A stretch of 64,000 nt of DNA from Octopus vulgaris (Eukaryota): assembly GCA_951406725.2 (NCBI GenBank), contig OX597826.1, positions 34,968,001 through 35,032,000 of the forward strand, given 5' to 3'. Below are positions 10,981-22,567 of this stretch, one piece after another. A model generated the notes under the pieces. The model was given only the letters and a program-made list of their open reading frames with translations, was not told where the DNA came from and did not search any database. The translations under genes and the position numbers were made by a program. Every line of letters begins with the position of its first letter. Position 1 is the first letter of the stretch.

Positions 10981-13204
10981 AAACGATCTTTACGAATAGA
11001 ATTGCAGACCCGATTTTTTCAAACAGCACTGTGTATTCGTATTAATTATTTTTGGAATATTTTCTTAACCTAGATTCGTTGTACTTCATTTCACCTGTTA
11101 TTACATCTGTTATTTCATCTGTCATTACTCTTATCTTCGCTGATTGTTGTAAAACATAACTTAAGACCCACCTTATTTACTTTATTCATTCGCACACTTA
11201 TTCACCATAACGTTTTTCGTTAATGGCTATTTTCGGACGTTTCACAATACATTTTGTACTCAGGTAATTTTATTTAAAATTTTATATTTTGTAGGAAATT
11301 TGATATTATTCCCTTCTCATTCAGACAAACGACCTTTCACGCTATCTATTAATGATTAAATTAGAGTTGGGCATAAAGAAACCTTCTGATTTTTATTACA
11401 CGATTTTGATTACATGAAAATATTTCATTAATATTATTCTAATTTGTATCAAAGTTGTTCTTACTTCGACTGACATCAGAGCATTGAAGGCTTTAAATTT
11501 CTATGCGATAAAATTTCATTTCCAATTGTCAGTAGAATCTGTGTATAACCATCTGATCATTCAAGAAAAAGTAACAGCAAATGACCAATAGAACAGTGCA
11601 GAAATTACTGTGTGGTTATAAAGTTGACTTCGTTTCTTTTCTTTTATTTGCATTCAATCCTACTCTGGTTCACCTGAAGCAAGTACGTTCTGTCACACAT
11701 GACTTTCAACCAAAGTAGAATGATTAATCTGTTCCAGCTTCAAGCCATGACTCTATACATTGGGGGTTGCAAGCATTCGAGTAAGGTCTCCAGCCTAGGA
11801 AGAACTTCGTTCTCTTGTCTCACTACAAGTAAACGGCTGGAAAAGAACAAAATCGTTTAAATACTTGCTTAACAAATAGCTTCCAAATATTCTTTATCAG
11901 AATTACTTCGTATAGGTAATATTCCTATAGTTAAGTATGTGAGGAGCCTTCTGATATTATAGCTGTCTCTGTTACTTTCTTCTTTTACTCATGTAAAAAT
12001 TTTCACTTCACTTGTTACTGATACATTTAGGAAATTCATGCAAACCAAATAGCGCAGTTTTTTTTTCCTTCTTTAAAATGAGAAGCTGCTATAGAATGAC
12101 ACACACAGCTTAGAGCGACACACTGTCATTAACACACTGTTATTAGAAATAAACATTTATATCTCTGCGTAATTTGTGAGGAAACAGAAACTATGATGTA
12201 AAACGAAAAATATTTTTGACCCTGATGAAAGGCACCATTACCATAGCTTATTCTATTCTGCATCTCAAACACACTGACATATATTTCTCCAGTTTTCATT
12301 TCTAATCCATTTCATAGTAATACCGACTATTACTAGCCAACCAATTTTAATGCCTATTATTATTTGCCTCGGCTTGTCAGATCAGGAAATAGAGATCGAT
12401 TTTATTTCATGATAAATTGGTTGAAGTTATGAAGGGCATTCACTGGACATCTCTGAACTTGCAAGAATATCTCTCTCATAAAACCGCAGACAAATAAAAT
12501 GGATATAAAATGCTAGGAATAAAAATAACCCAAGAACTTACGATAAAACAATATAGCAAACACACCTCACAAGATTATATCACTGTACGTGATGTTGGTA
12601 CAAAAATAGTTTTCATGTTAAAGACTTGGAACAAACAACATGGTACATCAGTGTGGATATCATTGAGAAATAGATAAGGCAGCAGTGTTAGTTGTTCGGT
12701 CACATTTGTTGATGCTTGGAAAATGATGGATACCATGTATCGCTGCACAGATTACAGGACTCCTCACATGAGAGAGTTAACTCAGTGTGTATTTGCAGCC
12801 CTAAGTACATTAATAATACTGGTTTTTAGTTCGCCGAAGAGATTATATTTCAGATTAAATCCACTTTATATAATAAGGAAAGAAGATAAATTTGATATTA
12901 AACCAAACGGGAATTTACTGCGAATCAAATATGCGTACTTCAGTACGCTTATTTTATACTTCGTAACAAAATAACATATTGCCCATCGCTAAATAATGTT
13001 AATAAACTGTGACTGTTTTTTCTTTCGAAATAGATTGGGCTAAAACGACTTCATACACGGGCATTACATCTGAAAAAGACTTTGGTAGGAGAGCGAAAAG
13101 CAATCGTGACATGTGTGTGTGTGTGTATACGTGTGTGTATATGTGTGTGTGTGTATATATGTGTGTGTATGTGTGTGGGTGTATGTGTGTGTATGTAATT
13201 GTAT

Positions 13205-13390
13205 GTAGTGAGAATTTACAAAAAAAGTACAAAAGACGAGTGTGTAAACAACAAATAGATGTATTAGTTTAACGCTCGGAAAGTGAGAAAGTCTTTTACG
13301 TTTCGAGCTTACGCTCTACGACAGAAAGAAACAGAAATAAACAGGGAGAGAAAACAAAGAAGGTTTAGTGGCTAGTGATCTATCATGGCA
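13205..13390 (-). mobile_element. PLE-type terminal fragment with a degenerate hammerhead motif (13291-13329)
   Basis: Reverse complement CTTT-CTGTCGT-A-GAGC gtaa GCTC-GAAA-C-GTA-AAAG; same family as 26270-26433 and 43885-44018. Confidence 0.65.
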
Positions 13391-14940
13391 AGTGTGCAAG
13401 TACGTATGTATGAACATATGCTTTCACCCTAACAGGCAATAATAACTTTATACTTGATGCCGGTGTATTCGGTAACAGTCTTGGTATCTTCAGAGACGGC
13501 GTGTTTGGCTAATTCACTAGGAAGGAGAAGACGGACAGCAGTCTGTACTTCACGGCTACTAATGGTCAAACCCTTGTTTGTAGTGAGACAAGCAGTTAGA
13601 CTCAGTAGCTATTCTTTCGAATAGATATTTGACAAAACTGTTCATGATAGACATAATTGCACTCGAAATACAAGTGCACGGTGAACATGTTTCAACATTT
13701 TGTAAATGTAGATGGAATAGCTTTCCTTTCTCTTTCTCTTTTTTCTATTCCCCAGAAACTGCGGTTTTAGCTTTAGCAGCTTTCTTTGCACCTCCCGACA
13801 GTGCTGTAGCAGGAGGCATTTTGGATGGTAGTCAATTCAAATGATATATATATGTGTATGTGTACATGTGTGTATGAATGCGTGTGTGTGTTTGTATGTA
13901 TGCATATCCATATGTATATACATATGTGTGTGTGTGTGTTGAATTTTTTTGTGTATGAATGCATAAGCAAATTGTAGCAAGAGCTTGCATCTCTAAAAAT
14001 AATCTGCAAACATTTTAATTTTTAATTGCAATCATTAATTTAATTAGGGATATTTAGTGTTACTTATTTAATTGACCACCAGGCTGACTGATTTATAAAT
14101 TGTTTAGCCAATTACGTGTGAAATTAGCTATCTGATGGGCTAGTCAACTTACTGATTAGGTGCAATGGATGGTAGGCCAGCAGTATCCAATTTAATCCAT
14201 TTACCCTAGTTATTACTTCCCCTTAACAATAAATATTCCCTAATTTTCCTACGGAACGAATTCTTTTCATTGTGTTTACTAATTTCACATTCCTATTTTA
14301 TAAAACTTTTGGACTATTATCACCCGCAGTCGTCTTATTTCCTAAATGTCCAAATAGGTTTCTCTCTTAATATTTAGTTCATAATATTTGCTTTTTTAAA
14401 TCTGGTATATACCGTCCGAAGCATTTTCGGGCCCCTTACAACATACACCATTTTTCAATTCATTTATCTTACCACCATATAACCGTCTCAATAGCTAGTC
14501 TTTGATTTTAAAATTTCAACTGGCCAATTATATCGAACGTTGGACATTGGCCTACCTCAGTTTGCACAACAGGTGGAAGGACATCACCACCTACTAGTAA
14601 ATTAAAAATTACATTTAATCGATTAGCACTTTATTATGATAAATACTATTAATTAGTACTATAAGCATATTAAAAATTATTACAAGAAATTTAAAATCTT
14701 ATTGTATCTTCACCCCTTCTCCTACTAAAACCTGTTGGCGTATCCCACTATTATTTTTTTATTTTTCTATTATTTATCCATCCTATCCCACCCCCGTATA
14801 AAGGATTAATTCACTTGTTGCTACTTTGGTTTAATCATTGCTTTAACGTCCCAAAGAAATACACAAGCAAAATGGTATGATTACAACCACCTTCAACATT
14901 TCCTTTTACTTCTCAAGGCTCTTCATTATTTTCATTTATT

Positions 14941-15060
14941 CTTCCCTCTGATGACGTTCCATGTTTCAGATCGGTTTTATTACCAAATATGATAAATATT
15001 TTTAGTATATCAATGGCAGTATCATAAAACATTAGAGGCAGAAACAGCTGTTAGATGGGA
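14941..15060 (+). ncRNA. Candidate hammerhead with a long (~85 nt) stem II region
   Basis: CTTCCCT-CTGATGA (14948)...ATGTTT/AAACAT...GAAA-C-AGCT-GTT-AGATGGGA; palindromic ACAGCTGT stem III; ~190 bp upstream of a (TA)n tract. Confidence 0.5.
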
Positions 15061-15259
15061 TGCAGTATATTTGTGTTGAATTACTAAATAATTGATGTAA
15101 TTGTTGTTCATCAATATTTTCCCCCCATTTTCTGTTATCTTTAAATTTTGATTCTTGTTAAACCCATGTTTATCCGTGTCTTTACCTATAATTTATTAGC
15201 ATAATGGATACTTCTCTCCCTTAGACGGTTATTTTAACCTCTAACTCACCTATATGTAC

Positions 15260-15337
<78 letters not shown>

Positions 15338-15811
15338 ATGTATGTATGTATGTATGGGTGTATGCTTTTCTCAAAGAGCTATAATAGAAACTAAATGAAG
15401 CGGGAAAACACGGAGAGCCCCAAACCAAGTTACAAATGGTGATGCATTGCAACCTGGATTTCTTTAACTGGCTGAATTACATTTGAAAATCTTGTTTTTG
15501 TGGGTTCGTTTCTGACACTTTTTATCTCTTCACCAAATTTGCTGGGATAATATTTTCCAGTTACACATTTGGGGCAAATTCTGTTTAACTCCGTGAATGG
15601 ATCACACCGTAAAATTTTAGAACCTAATCTTATGTCAATCAGATAGACTCTCTATTTTCTTGAGAATTCGGGTTTCATAATACCGAAAAGAACATGTCTA
15701 CACACGAAGATTAGATATGCAGTCTGTCCCAGATACTGTCAAAAACATCTAAGAATATTGGAAATATAAACCAAGAAGCACTTGACAGTATGATAAGAAG
15801 ATTGATTCTAA

Positions 15812-15931
15812 GTCACTTGGTTCCGGGTCCAGTCACTCTGCATGGTACCTTGGAAAGGTGTCTTCTACTATAACCTAGGGCCAACCAAAGCCTTGTGAGT
15901 AAATTTGGTTGACGGAAACCGAAAGAAGCCT

Positions 15932-15932
<1 letters not shown>
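15812..15932 (+). mobile_element. SINE family B, left half (right half at 21625-21835)
   Basis: GGTTCCGGGTCCAGTCACTCTGCATGGTACCTTGG...GGAAACCGAAAGAAGCC matches 37300-37430. Confidence 0.8.
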
Positions 15933-15975
<43 letters not shown>

Positions 15976-16062
15976 TATTAGAGACAAAACCACTATTTTG
16001 CAAAACAAACAAGGAAAGACTTAATCAATACATAAAATTTTAATAAATAGTCAAAAAAACCG

Positions 16063-16105
16063 CCACTACAATCGTTTCTTGTCTTGATCGACAATCTTCA
16101 GGTGG
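16063..16105 (-). ncRNA. Type I hammerhead ribozyme (inverted copy of 20809-20851)
   Basis: Exact reverse complement of the motif at 20809-20851. Confidence 0.85.
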
Positions 16106-16201
16106 ACTTCAATCTAAAATATCAATATTTTAAAATATTGTATTGATTAAGTCTTTCCTTGTTTGTTTTGCAAAATAGTGGTTTTGTCTCTAATAATATT
16201 T

Positions 16202-16252
<51 letters not shown>

Positions 16253-16727
16253 AGGCTTCTTTCGGTTTCCGTCAACCAAATTTACTCACAAGGCTTTGGT
16301 TGGCCCTAGGTTATAGTAGAAGACACCTTTCCAAGGTACCATGCAGAGTGACTGGACCCGGAACCAAGTGACTTAGAATCAATCTTCTTATCATTCTGTC
16401 AAGTGCTTCTTGGTTTATATTTCCAATATTCTTAGATGTTTTTGACAGTATCTGGGACAGGGGTGAATTGCACAACCAGTGAACGCACACACACATGTGT
16501 GCATTTTTTGATTGTGCAACTCGCCCATATGCATGTATGCGGGCGCGATTACATTGTTGCATATATCGAGCCCAAATAGCATGCATATGTACATGTGAGG
16601 GGGTACACGCTAATGACGTGCGCGTGTACCCCCTGCATTTATACCCGTGCGTGAATATACACATGGAGACTACCACACAGGTACAAATGTGTATAGTAAT
16701 GGGAGCCCCATCACTACACTCAATGTA

Positions 16728-19700
16728 TACTCTCACCCATCCGTACTAATGTGTAAGTGAATCTCCGGTGTATATGTTGAGGCTTATATGTAGCGCTGTG
16801 GAGGCGAACGTCGTTGAAATTGTGAATGAATGGGTGGATTTGGGAATTGTAACTGGGTGGTGGACTAGCGTTGCTTGGAATTGTGAGTGGAATAGTGTAG
16901 TAGTGAGGTAGGCATCGAGAATGGGTTGGGTTGCTGTAAGTTGTTTGTTAGAGCTGCTAAGGTGAGCTAAAGCTCATAAATGTATATAATGATTTTTCAT
17001 GGTAGTTTTTTTAAAGAATCCATTCATAAAAAAATTTTTTTAAGTAGTGTTGGTTTGCCACGTGGATATAGTTTTTAGTTCCATTTATTCTTTTTCTCCA
17101 TTCATAATTTTAAATGACGTTTACTTTCTATGGCGCGTATTCTTTTTTTACATAAGTTATTTCTATGGTAACGTAATTTTGGTTTGATTTTTTTAACGGC
17201 TAAGAATTTAATTTCACTTCATAATTTGAAACTGACTTGTAAGTATGTAATTTATTTATCCTTATGTCATATTGTTATTTTTGATATTCTGGTTAATTAC
17301 GATGTATTTAATGTTGTTTTTGATAGGAGTGTTTATGTATATGAGATTGTGTGTGAGTTTTTAGTTGTATAATTTATTTATCTGTATGAGTGTGGGTGTG
17401 TAAATATTGTTGTATATATCGAGTTTAGTGAGTATGTATATGCGTATATGTGAGGTGTATATGTATCTGTTGTGTGTGTGTGTTTTGCGTGTGTGTGTGT
17501 TTGTGTGTGAATGTGTATATGGGTTTGTTATTTAGGTTTTGGGATGTATGTGTTAATTTGTCTGTGTGGGGAGGGAGTGGGTTTTGGTGTATATTGAGGT
17601 TTATAAGTTAGTATAGGTATGTGTATAAGTCGTGGGTCTGTGGTTTACGTGTGTGTATTTGTGTGTGAATGTTTAGGTTAGGGGGATTGCTATATAGGTT
17701 TGTTATAGAGTTTAGCAAAGAGAGTTTTTATCGTTATAGGTTTTAAGATTTTTGGTTTATCATGGTTTTTTTTAGGGAATTCGTGGTAATTTGTCTATTT
17801 TCGATGTTGGTTGTTTTATTACATTGTTTCATTCATAATTTTTGAGTGGTGTTCGTTTTGCCACGTGAATATTATTTTTAATTCCATTTATTCCATTTCT
17901 CCATTCATTAATTTAGAGATGTTCGTTTCCAGAGCGGTTATATTTTTTATACATATGTTAAGTTCCTTGGTAAAGTAATTTGTTTGGTGTATATGTTGAG
18001 GCTTATTTGTACTTGTGGGTGTGTGTGAGTGGGGTGAGTGTTTGTATTTGTTATGGGTGTGTGGTTTACGTGTGTGTTTTTGTGTGTGAATGTATAGGTT
18101 AAAGGGATTGCTATATAAGTATGTTATAGTGTTTAGTAAAGGGAGGTTTTATTATTTCTGTTTTGTGAGTTTTAGCTTATCATGGTAGTTTTATAAAAGA
18201 ATCCATTCATAATTTTTGTGTTTATTTGTCTGTGTGGGGTTGAGTGGGTTTTTGGAGTATATGTTGAGGTTTATATGTATGTAATGGTATGTGTAAGTGG
18301 TGTGGGTATTTGTATATGTCGTGGGTGTGTGGTTTACGAGTGTGTATTTGTGTGTGAATGTTTAGGTTAGGGGGATTGCTATATAGGTATGTTATAGAGT
18401 TTAGTAAAGGGAGATTTTATCATTATAAGTTTTTGTGAGTTTTGGTTTATCATGGTAGGTTTGTTAAGGAATTACTCTCACCCATCCGCACGGATGTGAA
18501 TCTCCGGTGTATATGTTGAGGCTTATATGTAGCGCTGTGGAGGCGAAAGTCGTTGAAATTGTGAATGAATGGGTGGAGTTGGGAATTGTAACCGGGTGGT
18601 GGACTAGCGTTGCTTGGAATTGTGAGTGGAATAGTGTAGTAGTGAGGTAGGCATCGAGAATAGGTTTGGGTTGCTGCAAGTTGTTTGTTAGAGCTGCTAA
18701 GGTGAGCTAAAGCTCATAAATGTATATAATGATTTTTCATGGTAGTTTTTTAAAGAATCCATTTATAATAAATTTTTTTTAAGTAGTGTTGGTTTGCCAC
18801 GTGGATATAGTTTTTAGTTCCATTTATTCTTTTTCTCCATTCATAATTTTAAATGACGTTTTCTTTCCATGACGCGTATTGTTTTTACATAAGTTATTTC
18901 TATGGTAACGTAATTTTGGTTTGATTTTTTTAACGGCTAAGAATTTAATTTCACTTTATAATTTGAAACTGACTTGTAAGTATGTATTTTATTTATCCTT
19001 ATGTCATATTGTTATTTTTGATATTATGGTTAATTACGATGTATTTAATGTTGTTTTCATAGGAGTGTTTATGTATATGAGATTGTGTGTGAGTTTTTAG
19101 TTGTATAATTTATTTATCTGTATGAGTGTGGGTGTGTAAATATTGTTGTATATATCGAGTTTAGTGAGTATGTATATGCGTATATGTGAGGTAGTATATG
19201 TATCTGTTGTGTGTGTGTGTTTTGCGTGTGTGTGTGTTTATGTGTGAATGTGTATATGGGTTTGTTATTTAGGTTTTGGGATGTATGTGTTATTTTGTCT
19301 GTGTGGGGAGGGAGTGGGTTTTGGTGTATATTGAGGTTTATAAGTTAGTATAGGTATGTGTATAAGTCGTGGGTATGTGATTTACGTGTGTGTATTTGTG
19401 TGTGAATGTTTAGGTTTAGGGGGATTGCTATATAGGTTTGTTATAGAGTTTAGCAAAGGGAGATTTTATCGTTATATGTTTTTAAGAGTTTTGGTTTATC
19501 ATGGTTTTTTTTAGGGAATTCGTGGTAATTTGTCTATTTTCGATGTTGGTTGTTTTATTACATTGTTTCATTCATAATTTTTGAGTGGTGTTCGTTTTGC
19601 CACGTGAATATTATTTTTAATTCCATTTATTCCATTTCTCCATTCATTAATTTAGAGATGTTTGTTTCCGGAGCGGTTATACTTTTTATACATATGTTAA

Positions 19701-20213
19701 GTTCCTTGGTAAAGTAATTTTGTTTGGTGTATATGTTGAGGCTTATATGTATTGTGGGTGTGTGTGAGTGGGGTGGGTGTTTGTATTTGTTATGGGTGTG
19801 TGGTTTACGTGTGTGTTTTTTTGTGTGTGAATGTATAGGTTAAAGGGATTGCTATATAAGTATGTTATAGTGTTTAGTAAAGGGAGGTTTTATCATTTCT
19901 GTTTTGTGAGTTTTAGTTTATCATGGTAGTTTTATAAAAGAATCCATTCATAATTTTTGTGTTGATTTGTCTTGTGGGGTTGAGTGGGTTTTTGGAGTAT
20001 ATGTTGAGGTTTATATGTATGTATTGGTATGTGTAAGTGGTGTGGGTATTTGTATATGTCGTGGGTGTGTGGTTTACGTGTTTGTATTTGTGTGTGAATG
20101 TTTAGGTTAGGGGGATTGCTATATAGGTATGTTATAGAGTTTAGTAAAGGGAGATTTTATCATTATATGTTTTTGTGAGTTTTGGTTTATCATGGTAGGT
20201 TTGTTAAGGAATT
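16728..20213. repeat. Tandem duplication of a ~1.74-kb G/T-rich unit (16728-18472, 18473-20213) with internal subrepeats
   Basis: GTGAATCTCCGGTGTATATGTTGAGGCTTATATGTAGCGCTGTGGAGGCG at 16757 and 18496; both units end in GTTTGTTAAGGAATT. Confidence 0.92.
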
Positions 20214-20808
20214 CGTAGTAATTTGTGTATATTTGCGATGTCTGTTGTTTTATTGCATTGTTTCATTCATAATTTTTAAGTAGTGTTCGTTTTACCAAGT
20301 GAATATAATTTAATTCCATTTATTCCATTTCTCCGTTCATAATTTTGAGTGATGTCCGTTTTCTAGAGCGTGAATGTGGGTTGTATGTGTGTGTGTGTGG
20401 GAGTATGAATAAGTATTGTGTTGAAGTATTTAGCTATTTTATTTATTTATAGTTGCCTAGACGTTTTTTATGTGTATGTATAGGGATATATATATAGGTG
20501 TGTGATTTAGTGTATGTAGTTAGATATGGTTATATATAATTAGGTATATGTGTATGGGTGTATATATAGTTTATTATTATATTATTATCATTTTTTTGTT
20601 TTGTTTTATATTTTATATTTTATATTTTATATTTTATATTTAATTGTTGATAGGTTTATTTTAGTTTATATATTGTTTATATATTGATTATATATGGATT
20701 ATATATAGGTTATATATGGATTATATATTTATATTTTTTCATTCATACTTTAATTATTTTAAAATTATTATTTATATATTTTAAAATATTGATATTTTAG
20801 ATTGAAGT

Positions 20809-20851
20809 CCACCTGAAGATTGTCGATCAAGACAAGAAACGATTGTAGTGG
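20809..20851 (+). ncRNA. Minimal type I hammerhead ribozyme, canonical core
   Basis: CCAC-CTGAAGA-TTGTC gatcaa GACAA-GAAA-C gatt GTA-GTGG: stem I CCAC/GTGG, 5-bp stem II, predicted cleavage after GUA (20847). Confidence 0.88.
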
Positions 20852-21026
20852 CGGTTTTTTTGACTATTTATTAAAATTTTATGTATTGATTAAGTCTTTC
20901 CTTGTTTGTTTTGCAAAATAGTGGTTTTGTCTCTAATAATATTTTATAATATTTTACTATAAAATTGGTTTTAATCCTAAATCTGATTTTTTTTTCCCTG
21001 TAAATTTGGATTTATTCCCTAATATT

Positions 21027-21056
<30 letters not shown>

Positions 21057-21057
<1 letters not shown>

Positions 21058-21548
21058 ACAATAATAAATCTCTGAGCGAGATATAAACAGTAACTGCTCT
21101 ATAACATAAGGGGGATCAGCCATCTGAATGTGGCTAGGGACAGGGCGGGGTGGTGGGTGTGTTACTGATGCATTTAGCCCCAGGCGATCATCGACGTCAC
21201 CAGAAGGGCTGACACAATCTCGGTGTCCTTGCCAGCCTGCAAAGGGAGATCAGCCTCCCCGAAGATACGGATACTACATACGGACCGGTTTCGAGGTTAT
21301 TGCCTCTTGTCAACGCATGGCAAGTACCGTTCTTCGTTGAGGGACTTCCTCTACAGGCTGGATATATAGGGATTTTCACAGTAACCACAGTCACTGGCGT
21401 AGAAAATCCGTTCGAAAACAATAATAAATCTCTGAGCGAGATATAAACAGTAACTGCTCTATGATCGCCTGGGGCTAAATGCATCAGTAACACACCCACC
21501 ACCCCGCCCTGTCCCTAGCCACATTCGGATGGCTGATTCCCCCTTATG

Positions 21549-21553
<5 letters not shown>
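21057..21553 (-). mobile_element. Retrozyme-like element: 360-nt unit + 46-nt terminal redundancy + ~90-nt inverted 5' segment
   Basis: Direct repeat AACAATAATAAATCTCTGAGCGAGATATAAACAGTAACTGCTCTAT at 21057-21102 and 21417-21462; inverted repeat ~21100-21191 / 21461-21553; HHR inside; (TA)n on both sides. Confidence 0.75.
21277..21319 (-). ncRNA. Type I hammerhead ribozyme, U3-A8 core variant
   Basis: Reverse complement CATGCG-TTGACAA-GAGG caataa CCTC-GAAA-CCG-GTC-CGTATG: 6-bp stem I, 4-bp stem II, palindromic ACCGGT, GUC triplet. Confidence 0.82.
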
Positions 21554-21605
<52 letters not shown>

Positions 21606-21624
21606 TATGTTGGGGGTGCATGTA

Positions 21625-21835
21625 TGTGTGTGAGTGTCTGTCTTTGTGCCCCCATCACCGGTTGACAACCGCTGTTGGCGAGTTTACGTCCCCATGACTT
21701 AACGGTTCGGCAAAAGGAGCCGATAAAATGTGTAATAGGCTTACAAAAATAAGTATCGGGTCGATTTCTTCCACTAAAACCCTTCAAGGCTGTGCTCCAG
21801 TATGGCCGTAGTAAAATAACTGAAACAAAAGGATG
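21625..21835 (+). mobile_element. SINE family B, right half
   Basis: TTGACAACCGCTGTTGG...CGGTTCGGCAAAAG...GTGCTCCAGTATGGCC...ACTGAAACAA matches 37490-37680. Confidence 0.8.
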
Positions 21836-21899
21836 TGCACTGACATTCACACCAGTGTGCTAGTGCATGTGTACACACACACACACATGCATATAGATA

Positions 21900-22048
21900 T
21901 AGGTTATTTACATTATTTACAATTAACGAACATTTGTCCTCATCTTGTTTGTTGTTAACACAACGTTTCGGCTGATATACCTTCCAGACTTCATCAGGTG
22001 TCATGGGGTAATGTCGAACCTGGTTCTCATTCCTAAGGTATTTTTCAA

Positions 22049-22089
<41 letters not shown>

Positions 22090-22237
22090 TCACTGCCTGG
22101 AATCGAACTCTGAATCTTGGGGTTACTAGCCTGGGCTCTTAACCACTACGCCATATACTCGTGATGACAAATATCCGTCAATTGTAATTAATGTAAATAA
22201 TGTACATAATTTCTTTTCTTTTAAATATAGAACTGTA
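21900..22237 (-). mobile_element. Composite element: inverted tail copy - tRNA-like head - (AAT)n - hammerhead - tail
   Basis: A box TGGCGTAGTGG (22143-22153), B box GAGTTCGATTCC (22099-22110), (AAT)n 22051-22085, HHR 21957-22002; 22166-22237 is an inverted copy of the tail. Confidence 0.8.
21957..22002 (-). ncRNA. Type I hammerhead ribozyme
   Basis: Reverse complement GACAC-CTGATGA-A-GTCTG gaaggtatat CAGCC-GAAA-C-GTT-GTGTT (one stem II mismatch; palindromic AACGTT). Confidence 0.8.
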
Positions 22238-22567
22238 TAATACATGTGTTCAAGCATATATACGTACAATCACATACATACATATGCATTTATGCATACA
22301 GTCATGTATTGATAGAAACTAGCATTTTGATGTCTAAATTCCAATGAATGAATCATGTTTCAAAGCTAGAAACCGGCTTTCTCACAATTAATGAGAAATT
22401 CCCAAAATATAACGAGCAAAATGTAAATATTTAAATATTAGATGCATACATACACACATACTCTCACACACGCACACAAACACACTCATAAGCACATATG
22501 AGCACACATATATGTATATGTGCGTGTCTGTATCTGTGTTTTATTTAATAACAGTTTATTTAATAAC

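Larger units (their letters stand above)
15723..16460. repeat. Near-perfect ~310-bp inverted repeat (15723-16032 / 16139-16460) around a spacer holding a minus-strand HHR
   Basis: CTGTCCCAGATACTGTCAAAAACATC... is mirrored by ...GATGTTTTTGACAGTATCTGGGACAG. Confidence 0.92.
15966..21030 (+). mobile_element. ~5-kb non-coding Penelope-like element: inverted 5' pLTR copy, body, 3' pLTR with HHR
   Basis: 15966-16136 is the reverse complement of 20777-20948; HHR in both; flanked by (TA)n; no RT or GIY-YIG ORF seen. Confidence 0.65.

Noticed and set aside
12222-12240. Isolated CTGATGA (also at 3011)
   Set aside because: No stem II or GAAA/NUH partner nearby.
17670-17686. TTTAGGTTAGGG telomere-like motif in the tandem unit
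   Set aside because: Only one or two imperfect units; expected in G/T-rich sequence.
22085-22158. Bona fide tRNA gene (also 7197 and 60013)
   Set aside because: A and B boxes are present but no clean acceptor stem or poly-T terminator was seen; embedded in repeats, so treated as tRNA-derived heads.
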